NCBI GenBank assembly: GCA_045594085.1
Contig: JAZNXW010000004.1
Coordinates: 91,448 to 155,447, forward strand
Length of the DNA stretch: 64,000 nucleotides
Source: Eubacteriales bacterium
GTDB lineage: Bacteria > Bacillota > Clostridia > Oscillospirales > CAG-272
Direction of reading: 5' to 3'
Part shown: positions 44,488 to 53,420 of the stretch, piece by piece
Numbering within the stretch: the stretch's first letter is position 1
How the letters are laid out: each line of letters begins with the position of its first letter
The notes under the pieces: model-generated
What the model was told of the DNA's origin: nothing
Databases searched by the model: none
The model's input: only the letters and a program-made list of their open reading frames with translations
Program-made: the position numbers and the translations under genes

Positions 44488-45825
44488 GTGGATACCGAAT
44501 ATCTGAAACAAGTGCTGTTGAACATCGTGATCGTCGTCGTGTCCGTCGTCCTCATTCTGTTTGCCAGACATCATATCGTGAAGGATTTTGCCAATGAGAT
44601 CGAGACACAGCCCGCACTGCTTGACGATTTCAGCGAGGCGTTGACTGTCGATGCGTACATCCTGCGCCGTGAATCGGTGCTGTACTCCGACAGTAAGGGT
44701 GTTGTCAATTACCTCGTGCGCGACGGCGAGAAGGTCGCGGTCGGGGATGAGGTCGCGGACGTTTACAGAAGCGGAAGCGGCAACGTGCGTGAACGTATCG
44801 AAAAGATAGACGCCCGCATTGAGGCTCTTGAGAGGGTGGAAAACAATGCGAAATATCTGTCCGTTTCGGACGTGAATAAGATCGACACCGTGATCGGTGA
44901 ACTCATTGTTTCCGCAAGTCGCGAGATGTCGAAAAACAGCTTCGCCGCGGCGGATTCTCTTGCGGAGGAGCTGCTGTTCCGAATGAATCTTCGTCAGCTT
45001 CTGACGGGCGAAAAGGAAAGCTTCAAGGACGAGCTTGACGCGCTCAGGGCAGAGCGCGCGGACGCCGTCGCGGAGCTGACGGACGTAGCGGAAACGGTCG
45101 ATGCGAACGTGAGCGCGTACTATTTTTACGAGGTCGATGGCTATGAAACGGCGTTTGCGTTCGAAGACGTCGATACGCTCGCTTATTCCGACGTCAAGTC
45201 TATGATAAATGCACAGCCCACGCTGCTTTCGGGCAGGGAGGCGGGCAAGCTCGTGCTCGACTATACCTGGTATGCGGTTTTGCCGACGGATGCGGATTCC
45301 GCCGCATATTTCACCGTCGGAAAAAGCTATGATATAAGCTTTTCCGCGTCGGGAACGACCGTTTCGATGAAGCTCGAGCGCGCGATCCTTGATACGGACA
45401 GAACCTCCAAGGCGGCGTGCCTCGTCTTTTCCTCGTCCGTGATGCCCGAGGATTTCGATTACACGCGTATGCAGCCCGTTTCCGTCAACGTGAAGGAATA
45501 TAAGGGCTACAGATTGCCGCTGTCTGCGGTGCGTCTCGTCGAGTACGACGGCGTCACCGTCGAGGGCGTTTATATCCTGTACGGCAATACCGTGCGTTTC
45601 AGACGCATTGATATAATCCTCTCGCAGGACGGATACGTGCTCTGCCGTCCCGTCAGCGAGACGGAGGAAGAGGATGACGGAATTTTTGATTTTCCCATCG
45701 TGGGCGCACCTGAGACGGAGCCGCCCGAGACGGCTCTGTACGAAACGGTGCCGTACCTTGAGCTTTACGATCTTGTCATAACCTCCGCAAAGGAGCTCTA
45801 TGACGGCAAGATAATCATCGATTGA
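44488..45825 (+). CDS. Membrane-anchored protein with an HlyD-like layout (TM helix, lipoyl-like hairpin, coiled coil, beta-barrel), function unknown
   Basis: N-terminal TM helix (VLLNIVIVVVSVVLILF), GVVNYLVRDGEKVAVGDEVADVY hairpin and a long coiled-coil region. The GTG at 44488 has better RBS spacing (AGAGGAGG) than the TTG at 44482. The antisense 527-aa ORF was rejected. Confidence 0.6.
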   Translation: MDTEYLKQVLLNIVIVVVSVVLILFARHHIVKDFANEIETQPALLDDFSEALTVDAYILRRESVLYSDSKGVVNYLVRDGEKVAVGDEVADVYRSGSGNVRERIEKIDARIEALERVENNAKYLSVSDVNKIDTVIGELIVSASREMSKNSFAAADSLAEELLFRMNLRQLLTGEKESFKDELDALRAERADAVAELTDVAETVDANVSAYYFYEVDGYETAFAFEDVDTLAYSDVKSMINAQPTLLSGREAGKLVLDYTWYAVLPTDADSAAYFTVGKSYDISFSASGTTVSMKLERAILDTDRTSKAACLVFSSSVMPEDFDYTRMQPVSVNVKEYKGYRLPLSAVRLVEYDGVTVEGVYILYGNTVRFRRIDIILSQDGYVLCRPVSETEEEDDGIFDFPIVGAPETEPPETALYETVPYLELYDLVITSAKELYDGKIIID

Positions 45826-45835
45826 GGAGGCGCGT

Positions 45836-46579
45836 ATGGAAAACAAGATCATTTCCGGATACGATACGGGCGTGATTTCGGAGAATTTCCGACGTGTGCG
45901 CGACGAGCTTGAGCGCGCCGCGTCAACGTCACCGACGGGCAAGACTCCGACGCTCATCGCCGCAACGAAAACGGTGCCCGTCGAGGTCATCAATTATGCC
46001 GCCGATCATCTCGGACTCACCCACGCGGGTGAAAACCGCGTGCAGGAGCTTCTTGAAAAATACGACTCGTATTCCCCTAAGCTGACTCTGCATTTTATCG
46101 GTACGCTTCAGAAAAACAAGGTCAAATATATCGTCGATAAGGTCGCGATGATACATTCCGTCGATTCCGTCGGACTTGCCGAGGAGATCAGCAAGCGTTC
46201 GCTTGCGATAGGCAAGAGAATGGATATACTGCTTGAGGTAAATATCGGCAGAGAGGAATCGAAGGGAGGCTTCATTCCCGAGGAGGTGGGCGATGCGTTT
46301 GATAAAATCGCCGCTTTGCCGGGCGTTTCGGTCCGCGGATTGATGACAATGGCCCCGAAATGTGAAAAAAATTCGGATTATTTAAAATATTTTGAAGAAA
46401 CTTATCGCATCTCGGTTGACATTTTGACAAAAAAACAGCATAATATAATAGAACCCATATTATCAATGGGAATGAGCGACAGTTATCGCGAAGCGGCGGC
46501 GGTCGGTGCGACCGCGGTACGCGTGGGAAGTGCACTTTTCGGTAAGCGCACACCCGTAGCGGAACCGTTCCCGCGATAA
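45836..46579 (+). CDS. yggS: YggS/YlmE-family pyridoxal phosphate homeostasis protein
   Basis: LIAATKTVPVEVI...HFIGTLQKNKVKYI...LSMGMSDSY. Confidence 0.9.
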   Translation: MENKIISGYDTGVISENFRRVRDELERAASTSPTGKTPTLIAATKTVPVEVINYAADHLGLTHAGENRVQELLEKYDSYSPKLTLHFIGTLQKNKVKYIVDKVAMIHSVDSVGLAEEISKRSLAIGKRMDILLEVNIGREESKGGFIPEEVGDAFDKIAALPGVSVRGLMTMAPKCEKNSDYLKYFEETYRISVDILTKKQHNIIEPILSMGMSDSYREAAAVGATAVRVGSALFGKRTPVAEPFPR

Positions 46580-46629
46580 GATAAAATCTTAAAGAAAACA
46601 AAAAACAGAAACTCGGAGGACAAACAACA

Positions 46630-47169
46630 ATGGGATTCATGGATAAGATAAAGAAATGGTCCGGCGCAGACGAATACGACGATAACGGCTACGAAGACGA
46701 CGGCTACTACACCGACGACATTCTCGATACCGGTTATGCGTCCGACGTGGAACAGGCTCAACCTGCGACAAGCTACCAGCAGCCCGCTAACGTAGGCTAC
46801 CAGCAGCCCGCGGCTCCTTCCACCTCCTTTGCAGGCGGCATCAACATCGGCGGTGCGGCTCTTCAGATGAAGGTCATCCGTCCCGACAGCTTCAAGAACG
46901 TACCCCAGATCGCTGACCACCTTCTCAGCCAGCGCACAGTCGTTCTCAATCTCGAAGCAACAGATAAGGAAACGGCTCGCCGTCTCATCGACTTCCTTTC
47001 CGGCGTAGCATATTCCATCGATGGCTCCATCAAGCGCATCGCTAATAACGCATACATCATAACTCCCGCTAACGTTGACGTAAGCGGCGAACAGCTTCGC
47101 GAAACACGCAAGCCTCAGGCTCAGCCCGCTGCAGAAGAAGCAGAGGAAGAGACTAACTACGGTTATTGA
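46630..47169 (+). CDS. sepF: Cell division protein SepF
   Basis: The C-terminal core VIRPDSFKNVPQIADHLLSQRTVVLNLEATDKETARRLIDFLSGVAYSIDGSIKRIANNAYIITP is the SepF domain. The N-terminal linker is low complexity. Confidence 0.88.
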   Translation: MGFMDKIKKWSGADEYDDNGYEDDGYYTDDILDTGYASDVEQAQPATSYQQPANVGYQQPAAPSTSFAGGINIGGAALQMKVIRPDSFKNVPQIADHLLSQRTVVLNLEATDKETARRLIDFLSGVAYSIDGSIKRIANNAYIITPANVDVSGEQLRETRKPQAQPAAEEAEEETNYGY

Positions 47170-47183
47170 TTAAATCGGTGAAA

Positions 47184-47219
47184 TGCCGTATCCCGGAAAT
47201 TACGGATACGGCATTTTTT
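47184..47219 (+). terminator. Terminator-like hairpin between sepF and yggT
   Basis: 9-bp stem gccgtatcc / ggatacggc, followed by atttttta. Confidence 0.55.
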
Positions 47220-47276
47220 ATGTAATTGAAAATTACGGCAGAATGATGCTTGCCGTAATCGAAAGAGGTACATGTC

Positions 47277-47555
47277 TTGGATACGGTCCTGATCTTGCTC
47301 GGAACGGCGGCACGTCTTATCATAAGGATCTATATGCTGCTTTTGCTGATCCGCGCGCTTCTGCCGTTTCTGACTTTTATCGATGAGGACGGCGCTTTTT
47401 TTACCGTTGTGTATGCTTCGACGGAGATCATTCTTTCTCCGATGCGTGCGCTTTTTGACAGATACGGTATAGGTGACGGTCTGCCCATCGACATCTCTTT
47501 TCTTGTGACGTATGTGCTGCTCAGTGTGGTGCATACGCTGCTGACTATGTTATAA
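47277..47555 (+). CDS. yggT: YggT family membrane protein
   Basis: 92 aa with two TM helices (RIYMLLLLIRALLPF). TTG start with an AAGAGG RBS. Occupies the ylmG position in the cluster. Confidence 0.8.
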   Translation: MDTVLILLGTAARLIIRIYMLLLLIRALLPFLTFIDEDGAFFTVVYASTEIILSPMRALFDRYGIGDGLPIDISFLVTYVLLSVVHTLLTML

Positions 47556-47559
47556 CACG

Positions 47560-48372
47560 ATGGAAATAAGAAACAGCGACACGGAAAACGAGCTTTTTCT
47601 GGCTCGTGTGACCGAGCAAATGCAGAAAGCCGACAGAGGCGAGATCTCCGTCGGTGAGTTTCTGACTCCGCGAGAGATCTATTACGCCGCCTCCGAGTTG
47701 AATCATATCGGCTGCCGCGGACGCTTCGCCTTTTACGGCGGATACAGAGCCGCGGAACGCGCACGTCTTGTCTGTCTGCCCGAATATGCACTGTACGGCA
47801 TCGACGAAACGGACGATGACGCTCTGTGGCAAGCCGCCGCGGAGTTTGCGTCGGAGGAGACGAGCGTGCTCCTTATCAGCGGAAGCGGATTCAGATCCTT
47901 GTCTCACCGCGATTTTATGGGATCGCTTCTCGCGCTCGGAATAAAACGCGGATGTCTTGGCGATATTCTCGTTGACGGAGACTCCGCATACGTCTTCTGT
48001 GACGTAAAAATGGCGGAATATATCAAGGATACGCTGACCAAGGTGGGCAGAGATGCCGTCAAGGTCAGCATCACTTCGCTGCCGGAGGATTTTTCGGCGG
48101 CAAAACGCACGGCAACGGTTACCGATACAGTCGCGTCTATGCGCGCGGACTGCGTTATCGCCGCGCTCATCAATTGCTCCCGCGAAAAGGCGAAGGAATA
48201 CGTCTCTGCGGGACTCTGCGAGCTCAATTACGAACAGCTCGCCAAGCCCGACGCCACTCTCGGTGAGGGCGACGTCCTTTCCGTTCGGGGAAAGGGCAAA
48301 TTCGTCATAAAAGGTACGGACGGCGTAACCAAACGCGGCAGACTGCGCCTTTGGGCGGAAAAATATATCTGA
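47560..48372 (+). CDS. ylmH: YlmH-like RNA-binding protein (S4 domain)
   Basis: The C-terminal S4-like segment (RADCVIAALINCSREKAKEYVSAGLCELNYEQ) and its position between yggT and divIVA. Confidence 0.8.
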   Translation: MEIRNSDTENELFLARVTEQMQKADRGEISVGEFLTPREIYYAASELNHIGCRGRFAFYGGYRAAERARLVCLPEYALYGIDETDDDALWQAAAEFASEETSVLLISGSGFRSLSHRDFMGSLLALGIKRGCLGDILVDGDSAYVFCDVKMAEYIKDTLTKVGRDAVKVSITSLPEDFSAAKRTATVTDTVASMRADCVIAALINCSREKAKEYVSAGLCELNYEQLAKPDATLGEGDVLSVRGKGKFVIKGTDGVTKRGRLRLWAEKYI

Positions 48373-48384
48373 CACGGAGGAAGT

Positions 48385-50001
48385 ATGCTTTTACCTCATG
48401 AGATAAGAAAAAAAGAGTTCTCACTTGCAATGGGCGGTTACGCACGCAGTGAGGTGAAATCATATCTTGAATATATAGCGGACAATTACGAAAAGCTTCG
48501 CCGCGAAAACGATGAGCTCTCCCGCAGGCTTGATGCCGCGATGGAGAAGCTCGATCAGTATCATGCGTCCGAGCTGGCGTCTATCACCGCGAACGTAAAG
48601 TCCGATTCCGACGGCGCTGACAGCGAAAAAACAGCCGCCGCGGCGGCGATCCTCGGAGGAGCCGTTTCGTCGTTGCAGATCGAGCTCAATATGATCTCGA
48701 CGCGCCTGCGCGAGATCGAGGCGATTATGTCCGGAGTCGAGCTTGAGGAGCCTGCGGGAGAAGAGCCTGCAGAAGAGGCGGTTGAAGCTGTTGAAACGGA
48801 AGAAGCAGACGAAATTGAAGAGATCGAAGCCGTCTGTGAGATCGCGGATGAATCCTGCGAGCCCGTCGATGCTGTCGAAAAAATCGAAGAGACCGAGGAA
48901 ACCGAGGAAATCGAAACGGCGGAAGAGCTCGATGAGATCGAAACTCTTGACGATGTTGAGGATGAGATCGAAGATCTCGCCGTCCTTGACGAAGCCGAGT
49001 CCGAGCTTGAACTGCTCGAGACGGTCGAGGATGAGGTCGAGGAGACAGACGTTGCCGAAGACGATGTACTCGTGTTTGATCTGCCCGTGAGTGTTGCCGT
49101 TCTCGGCGACGGACAGGATGAGGCGGACGAATCCGATCCGAAAACGGAAGAGGCGGATGAAGAACTCGAGTTTGTCGAATTTGAAGAGCTTTCGGAAGAA
49201 ATGATCGAAGAAATTGACGAAGCGCAAGAGATTTTTGACGTCGATGAGCCCGAGGACTGTGCAAACGACACCGAGCCGGAACAGATCGCGTTTGTGATCC
49301 CCGAGGATACAGTCGAGGATACAGCCGAGGAGACGGAAGAAGCTCCCGAAGAAGCTGAGGAACAGCTCGACATCGACGATTTTCTTGCCGATTTCTTTGA
49401 TATGGACGATGCGATCGATGCCGCGTCCGACGGAGAGGACACGAACGAGGAATTCATCGAGTTCGTAACACCCGACGAGCCTGCGTCCGATAAGATTGCG
49501 AACGAGACCTTTACCGAAGTTATCTTTGATGAGCCCGAAAAGGACCCGATCCCCGTCGAGCCTGTCGGTACAGCACCGAAAAAGACGGCGATCAAGCGTT
49601 TCCATCTCAAGAAGAAAAAAGCGGAACACGTCGAAGCGGAAGCGCCCGTTGAGGTTGAAGCGCCCGCTGATGGTGCACACGCAGATCCCTCGGAGGATCT
49701 CGATCAGATCATTGCTGCTCTTTCCGATGCGGCAGAAATCGAGCCTCCGAAAGCGAAAGAGGCTGATTTTGTTGAAGCAGAGCCTGTCGCGCCCGAAACG
49801 ACGGAGGAGGACGATCTCGAAGCGATCCTTCGCGCGCTCAAGGTTCAGTACGATAACGTCTCTGCGGCGGCAAGCAGCGAAGACGATGACTTCGATATGA
49901 CAAGCTTTGACGAGTTCAACTACATATTCGGTGATTCGTCATCGAAGATCGATACGGTTCCTACCGAAAATGATATCGAAGACGTGCTCTACGACGAATA
50001 A
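48385..50001 (+). CDS. divIVA: DivIVA-domain protein with a long acidic low-complexity C-terminal region
   Basis: The N-terminal LLPHEIRKKEFSLAMGGYARSEVKSYLEYIADNYEKLRRENDEL is the DivIVA lipid-binding/coiled-coil domain. Most of the remainder (about 440 aa in all) is D/E-rich. Confidence 0.8.
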   Translation: MLLPHEIRKKEFSLAMGGYARSEVKSYLEYIADNYEKLRRENDELSRRLDAAMEKLDQYHASELASITANVKSDSDGADSEKTAAAAAILGGAVSSLQIELNMISTRLREIEAIMSGVELEEPAGEEPAEEAVEAVETEEADEIEEIEAVCEIADESCEPVDAVEKIEETEETEEIETAEELDEIETLDDVEDEIEDLAVLDEAESELELLETVEDEVEETDVAEDDVLVFDLPVSVAVLGDGQDEADESDPKTEEADEELEFVEFEELSEEMIEEIDEAQEIFDVDEPEDCANDTEPEQIAFVIPEDTVEDTAEETEEAPEEAEEQLDIDDFLADFFDMDDAIDAASDGEDTNEEFIEFVTPDEPASDKIANETFTEVIFDEPEKDPIPVEPVGTAPKKTAIKRFHLKKKKAEHVEAEAPVEVEAPADGAHADPSEDLDQIIAALSDAAEIEPPKAKEADFVEAEPVAPETTEEDDLEAILRALKVQYDNVSAAASSEDDDFDMTSFDEFNYIFGDSSSKIDTVPTENDIEDVLYDE

Positions 50002-50079
50002 ACATAAAACGATCACACGTCCCCGATGCGGGGATACAAAATATACGGCCGCCGGTGCGGCATGGAGGAAAAGACACAA

Positions 50080-52887
50080 ATGGCTAAGGACTACACAAGC
50101 ACACTTAATCTGCCGAAAACAGAGTTTTCAATGAGAGCGAATCTTCCCGAACGCGAGCCCAAGATGCTCGATTACTGGAAGAGCATAGATCTGTACGGAA
50201 AAATGCTCGCAAAAAACGAAGGAAAGCCCTCCTTCGTGCTTCACGACGGCCCTCCCTTCTCGAACGGTAATATCCATATGGGTACCGCGATGAATAAGAT
50301 CCTCAAGGATTTTATCAACAAGTCGAAGACGATGGAAGGCTATAAGACTCCCTTCACTCCCGGTTGGGATAACCACGGCATGCCGATCGAGTCTGCGATC
50401 ATCAAAAAATCCAAACTCGACCGCAAGAGAATGAGCATCCCCGAGTTCCGTTCCGCGTGCGAAAAGTTCGCAGAGGATTACGTCAACATCCAGATGACGT
50501 CCTTCAAGCGCCTCGGCGTTACCGCCGATTGGGATGAGCCTTATCTCACTATGCGCCCCGAATTTGAGGCTCGCGAGGTAAAGGTGTTCGGTGAAATGTT
50601 CGACCGCGGATACATCTATAAGGGACTTAAGCCCGTTTATTGGTGCCCGCGCGACGAAACGGCTCTCGCGGAAGCGGAGATCGAGTATGCGGATGATAAG
50701 TGTACCTCCATTTACGTTAAGTTCAAGGTAGCGGACGATAAGGGCCTCCTTTCCGACGTCTGCGACCTCAATAAGACGTATTTTATTATCTGGACAACGA
50801 CTACTTGGACGCTCCCCGGTAACCTCGCGATCGCACTCTCTCCCATTGAGGATTACGTCGTTCTCAAGACAGAAACGGGCGAATGCTACATCGTTGCCGA
50901 AGCACTCGCAGAACGCACGATGAACGAGGGTGATGTCGGTACGTATACGGTTGTCAAGACAATGAAGGGCCGCGAGTTTGAATTTATGCGCGCGCGTCAC
51001 CCGTTCCTTGACAGAGATTCCATCGTTGTTAACGCCGATTACGTCACAATGGACAGCGGTACAGGCTGCGTTCATACGGCTCCCGGTTTCGGTGCCGACG
51101 ACTATATGACCTGCAAAAAGTACGGCATCGACATCATCGTTCCCGTTGATGACCGCGGCTATCAGACGGAAGAAGCGGGCAAATATGCGGGACTTTACTA
51201 CGAAAAGTCCAATACCGCAATCCTTGCCGATATGCAGGAATCCGGCGCACTCTTCGCATCCGAAGAGGTAACTCACAGCTACCCGCATTGCTGGAGATGC
51301 AAGCAGCCGATCATCTTCCGTGCAACTCCTCAGTGGTTCTGCTCCGTTGACGCGTTTAAGAATGATGCTGTCAAAGCGGCAGAGGCAGTTGAATGGATCC
51401 CCGCTTGGGGCGGTGACAGAATGATCTCCATGATCCGTGAACGTGCGGATTGGTGTATCTCCCGTCAGCGTCATTGGGGTCTGCCTATTCCCGTGTTCTA
51501 CTGCGCGGATTGCGGCGAGGTAATCTCCACTCCCGAAACGATCAACGCCGTTTCCGAAATGTTTGCTAAGTGCGGCTCCAACTCATGGTACGAAAACGAA
51601 GCGTCTGAAATCCTTCCCGAAGGCTTTGTTTGCCCCAAGTGCGGCGGCAAGCACTTTACAAAGGAAACAGATACTCTCGACGGTTGGTTCGACTCCGGAT
51701 CTACTCATTTCCCCGTTATCAAGGATAACGAAAACGTGCATTGGCCCGCAGATCTCTATCTTGAGGGTGCAGACCAGTACAGAGGCTGGTTCCAGTCCTC
51801 CATGCTGACTGCAGTCGGCGCAACGGGCGAGGCTCAGGCTCCGTATAAGACCGTCCTCACTCACGGCTGGGTTGTTGACGGCGAAGGCAAGGCGATGCAC
51901 AAATCCCTCGGCAACTCCGTTTATCCCGAGGATATGATAAAGAAATACGGCGCAGATCTCGTTCGTCTGTGGGTCGCATCGAGCGATTACAGAGTAGATG
52001 TCCGCGTTTCCGATAATATCTTCAAGCAGCTCTCCGAAACGTACCGCAAGATCAGAAATACGTCCCGTATCCTTCTTGCAAACCTCGGCGATTTCGATCC
52101 CGCAACGGATATGGTTCCCGTAGATGAGCTTTGCGACATCGATAAGTGGGCTCTCACAAGACTCAACGCCCTTGCGAAAACTGTCCGCGAGGCTTACGAC
52201 AGCTACGAATTCCACGTAGTTTATCATTCTGCGAACAATTTCTGCACAATCGACCTTTCCAAGCTCTATATTGATATCACCAAGGACAGAGTTTATACGG
52301 CAGGAAAAACGTCCAAGGAACGCAGAAGCGCACAGACCGCGATGTACCTCATCCTTTCCTCTCTCACGCGTATGCTCGCTCCGCTGATCGTATTCACGGC
52401 AGAGGAGATCTGGCAGTTTATGCCTCACGAAGCGTCCGACGTTAAGGAAAGCGTATTCTGCAACGATCTTCCCGAATATAAGTCCGAGTGGGCGTTCCCC
52501 GAGATCGCGCAGAAGTATGACGCACTCTTCGCAGAGCGCGATACCGTAACAAGCGCGCTTGAGCTTGCAAGAGCAGATAAGAAGATCGGTAAGTCCCTCG
52601 ACGCAAAGGTTGACATCTATACTGCAGACGCAGAAAAGTTCGCGCTCCTCTCTTCCTTCACGGAAAGCGAGCTCGAGGATATCTTCATCACCTCCGGCGT
52701 AACGCTTCATAATGACGCGACAGCCCCCGAAGGCGCGTTCGTTCCTGAAAACGACAGCGTTTCCGTCCTTGTTTCCGCCGCAGACGGCGAAAAATGCGAT
52801 CGTTGCTGGAAATATTCCTCCGACTGCGAGCACGACGAAGAGGGCGGATGCCTCTGCGCTCGCTGCAAGGCTACGGTAAACGCGTAA
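50080..52887 (+). CDS. ileS: Isoleucine--tRNA ligase
   Basis: Trimmed to the ATG at 50080 (GGAGGAA RBS). HMGTA (HIGH), KMHKS-like AMHKSLGN, CP1 editing domain and a C-terminal zinc-finger CxxC...CxxC. Confidence 0.95.
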   Translation: MAKDYTSTLNLPKTEFSMRANLPEREPKMLDYWKSIDLYGKMLAKNEGKPSFVLHDGPPFSNGNIHMGTAMNKILKDFINKSKTMEGYKTPFTPGWDNHGMPIESAIIKKSKLDRKRMSIPEFRSACEKFAEDYVNIQMTSFKRLGVTADWDEPYLTMRPEFEAREVKVFGEMFDRGYIYKGLKPVYWCPRDETALAEAEIEYADDKCTSIYVKFKVADDKGLLSDVCDLNKTYFIIWTTTTWTLPGNLAIALSPIEDYVVLKTETGECYIVAEALAERTMNEGDVGTYTVVKTMKGREFEFMRARHPFLDRDSIVVNADYVTMDSGTGCVHTAPGFGADDYMTCKKYGIDIIVPVDDRGYQTEEAGKYAGLYYEKSNTAILADMQESGALFASEEVTHSYPHCWRCKQPIIFRATPQWFCSVDAFKNDAVKAAEAVEWIPAWGGDRMISMIRERADWCISRQRHWGLPIPVFYCADCGEVISTPETINAVSEMFAKCGSNSWYENEASEILPEGFVCPKCGGKHFTKETDTLDGWFDSGSTHFPVIKDNENVHWPADLYLEGADQYRGWFQSSMLTAVGATGEAQAPYKTVLTHGWVVDGEGKAMHKSLGNSVYPEDMIKKYGADLVRLWVASSDYRVDVRVSDNIFKQLSETYRKIRNTSRILLANLGDFDPATDMVPVDELCDIDKWALTRLNALAKTVREAYDSYEFHVVYHSANNFCTIDLSKLYIDITKDRVYTAGKTSKERRSAQTAMYLILSSLTRMLAPLIVFTAEEIWQFMPHEASDVKESVFCNDLPEYKSEWAFPEIAQKYDALFAERDTVTSALELARADKKIGKSLDAKVDIYTADAEKFALLSSFTESELEDIFITSGVTLHNDATAPEGAFVPENDSVSVLVSAADGEKCDRCWKYSSDCEHDEEGGCLCARCKATVNA

Positions 52888-53420
52888 TGCAGGAAAAGAA
52901 AAGCCCCCTTCTTTATCTCATCTATGCCGCTATAGTGGCACTGTCCGTGGCAATAGACCAATTCACAAAATACCTCGCTGTAAGGTACCTGACCGCGGTC
53001 GATACAGTTCCGCTTATTAAGGATATACTGCATCTGACCTACGTTGAAAACACGGGCGCCGCATTCGGCATGATGAAGGATAAGCGGTGGTTGTTTATGA
53101 CGGTCTCTGTCGTTGCCATCGTTGTCATAGCTTTCATCCTTTGGATGTACGGGCGCGAGCTCGTGTTTGCGTCTGTGTGCCTTGCAATGGTGCTCGGAGG
53201 CGGCATCGGCAATATGATCGACCGCATAGCACTCGGCTACGTCGTCGATTTCATCGACTTCAGAGCGATCAATTTCGCCGTTTTCAACGGTGCGGATTCG
53301 TTCGTGTGCGTGGGCGCATTTCTCTTGATAATCTACCTCGTCAAGGATCTCGTCCGCGAATATAAGCTCGAAAAACAGAAAAAAACCGAGTCAAGCTCGG
53401 CTGACGAAGCAGAAAAATGA
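52887..53420 (+). CDS. lspA: Lipoprotein signal peptidase II
   Basis: Trimmed to the ATG at 52887 (TAATG overlap with ileS). DQFTKYLA...NTGAAFG...GGGIGNMIDR...VVDFIDF. Confidence 0.88.
   Translation: MQEKKSPLLYLIYAAIVALSVAIDQFTKYLAVRYLTAVDTVPLIKDILHLTYVENTGAAFGMMKDKRWLFMTVSVVAIVVIAFILWMYGRELVFASVCLAMVLGGGIGNMIDRIALGYVVDFIDFRAINFAVFNGADSFVCVGAFLLIIYLVKDLVREYKLEKQKKTESSSADEAEK

Noticed and set aside
44410-45993. 527-aa minus-strand ORF, longer than the plus-strand gene it overlaps (44488..45825).
   Set aside because: The translation is arginine-rich and featureless. The plus-strand frame has a TM helix, a lipoyl-like hairpin and a coiled coil, a good RBS, and fits the miaA/yggS operon spacing.
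48460-49680. Several long minus-strand ORFs (406, 349 and 179 aa) and plus-strand alternative frames inside the divIVA acidic region.
   Set aside because: They are artefacts of the GAA/GAG/GAT-rich repeat-like coding sequence. Serine- and phenylalanine-rich mirror frames have no start context, and the plus frame continues from a bona fide DivIVA domain.
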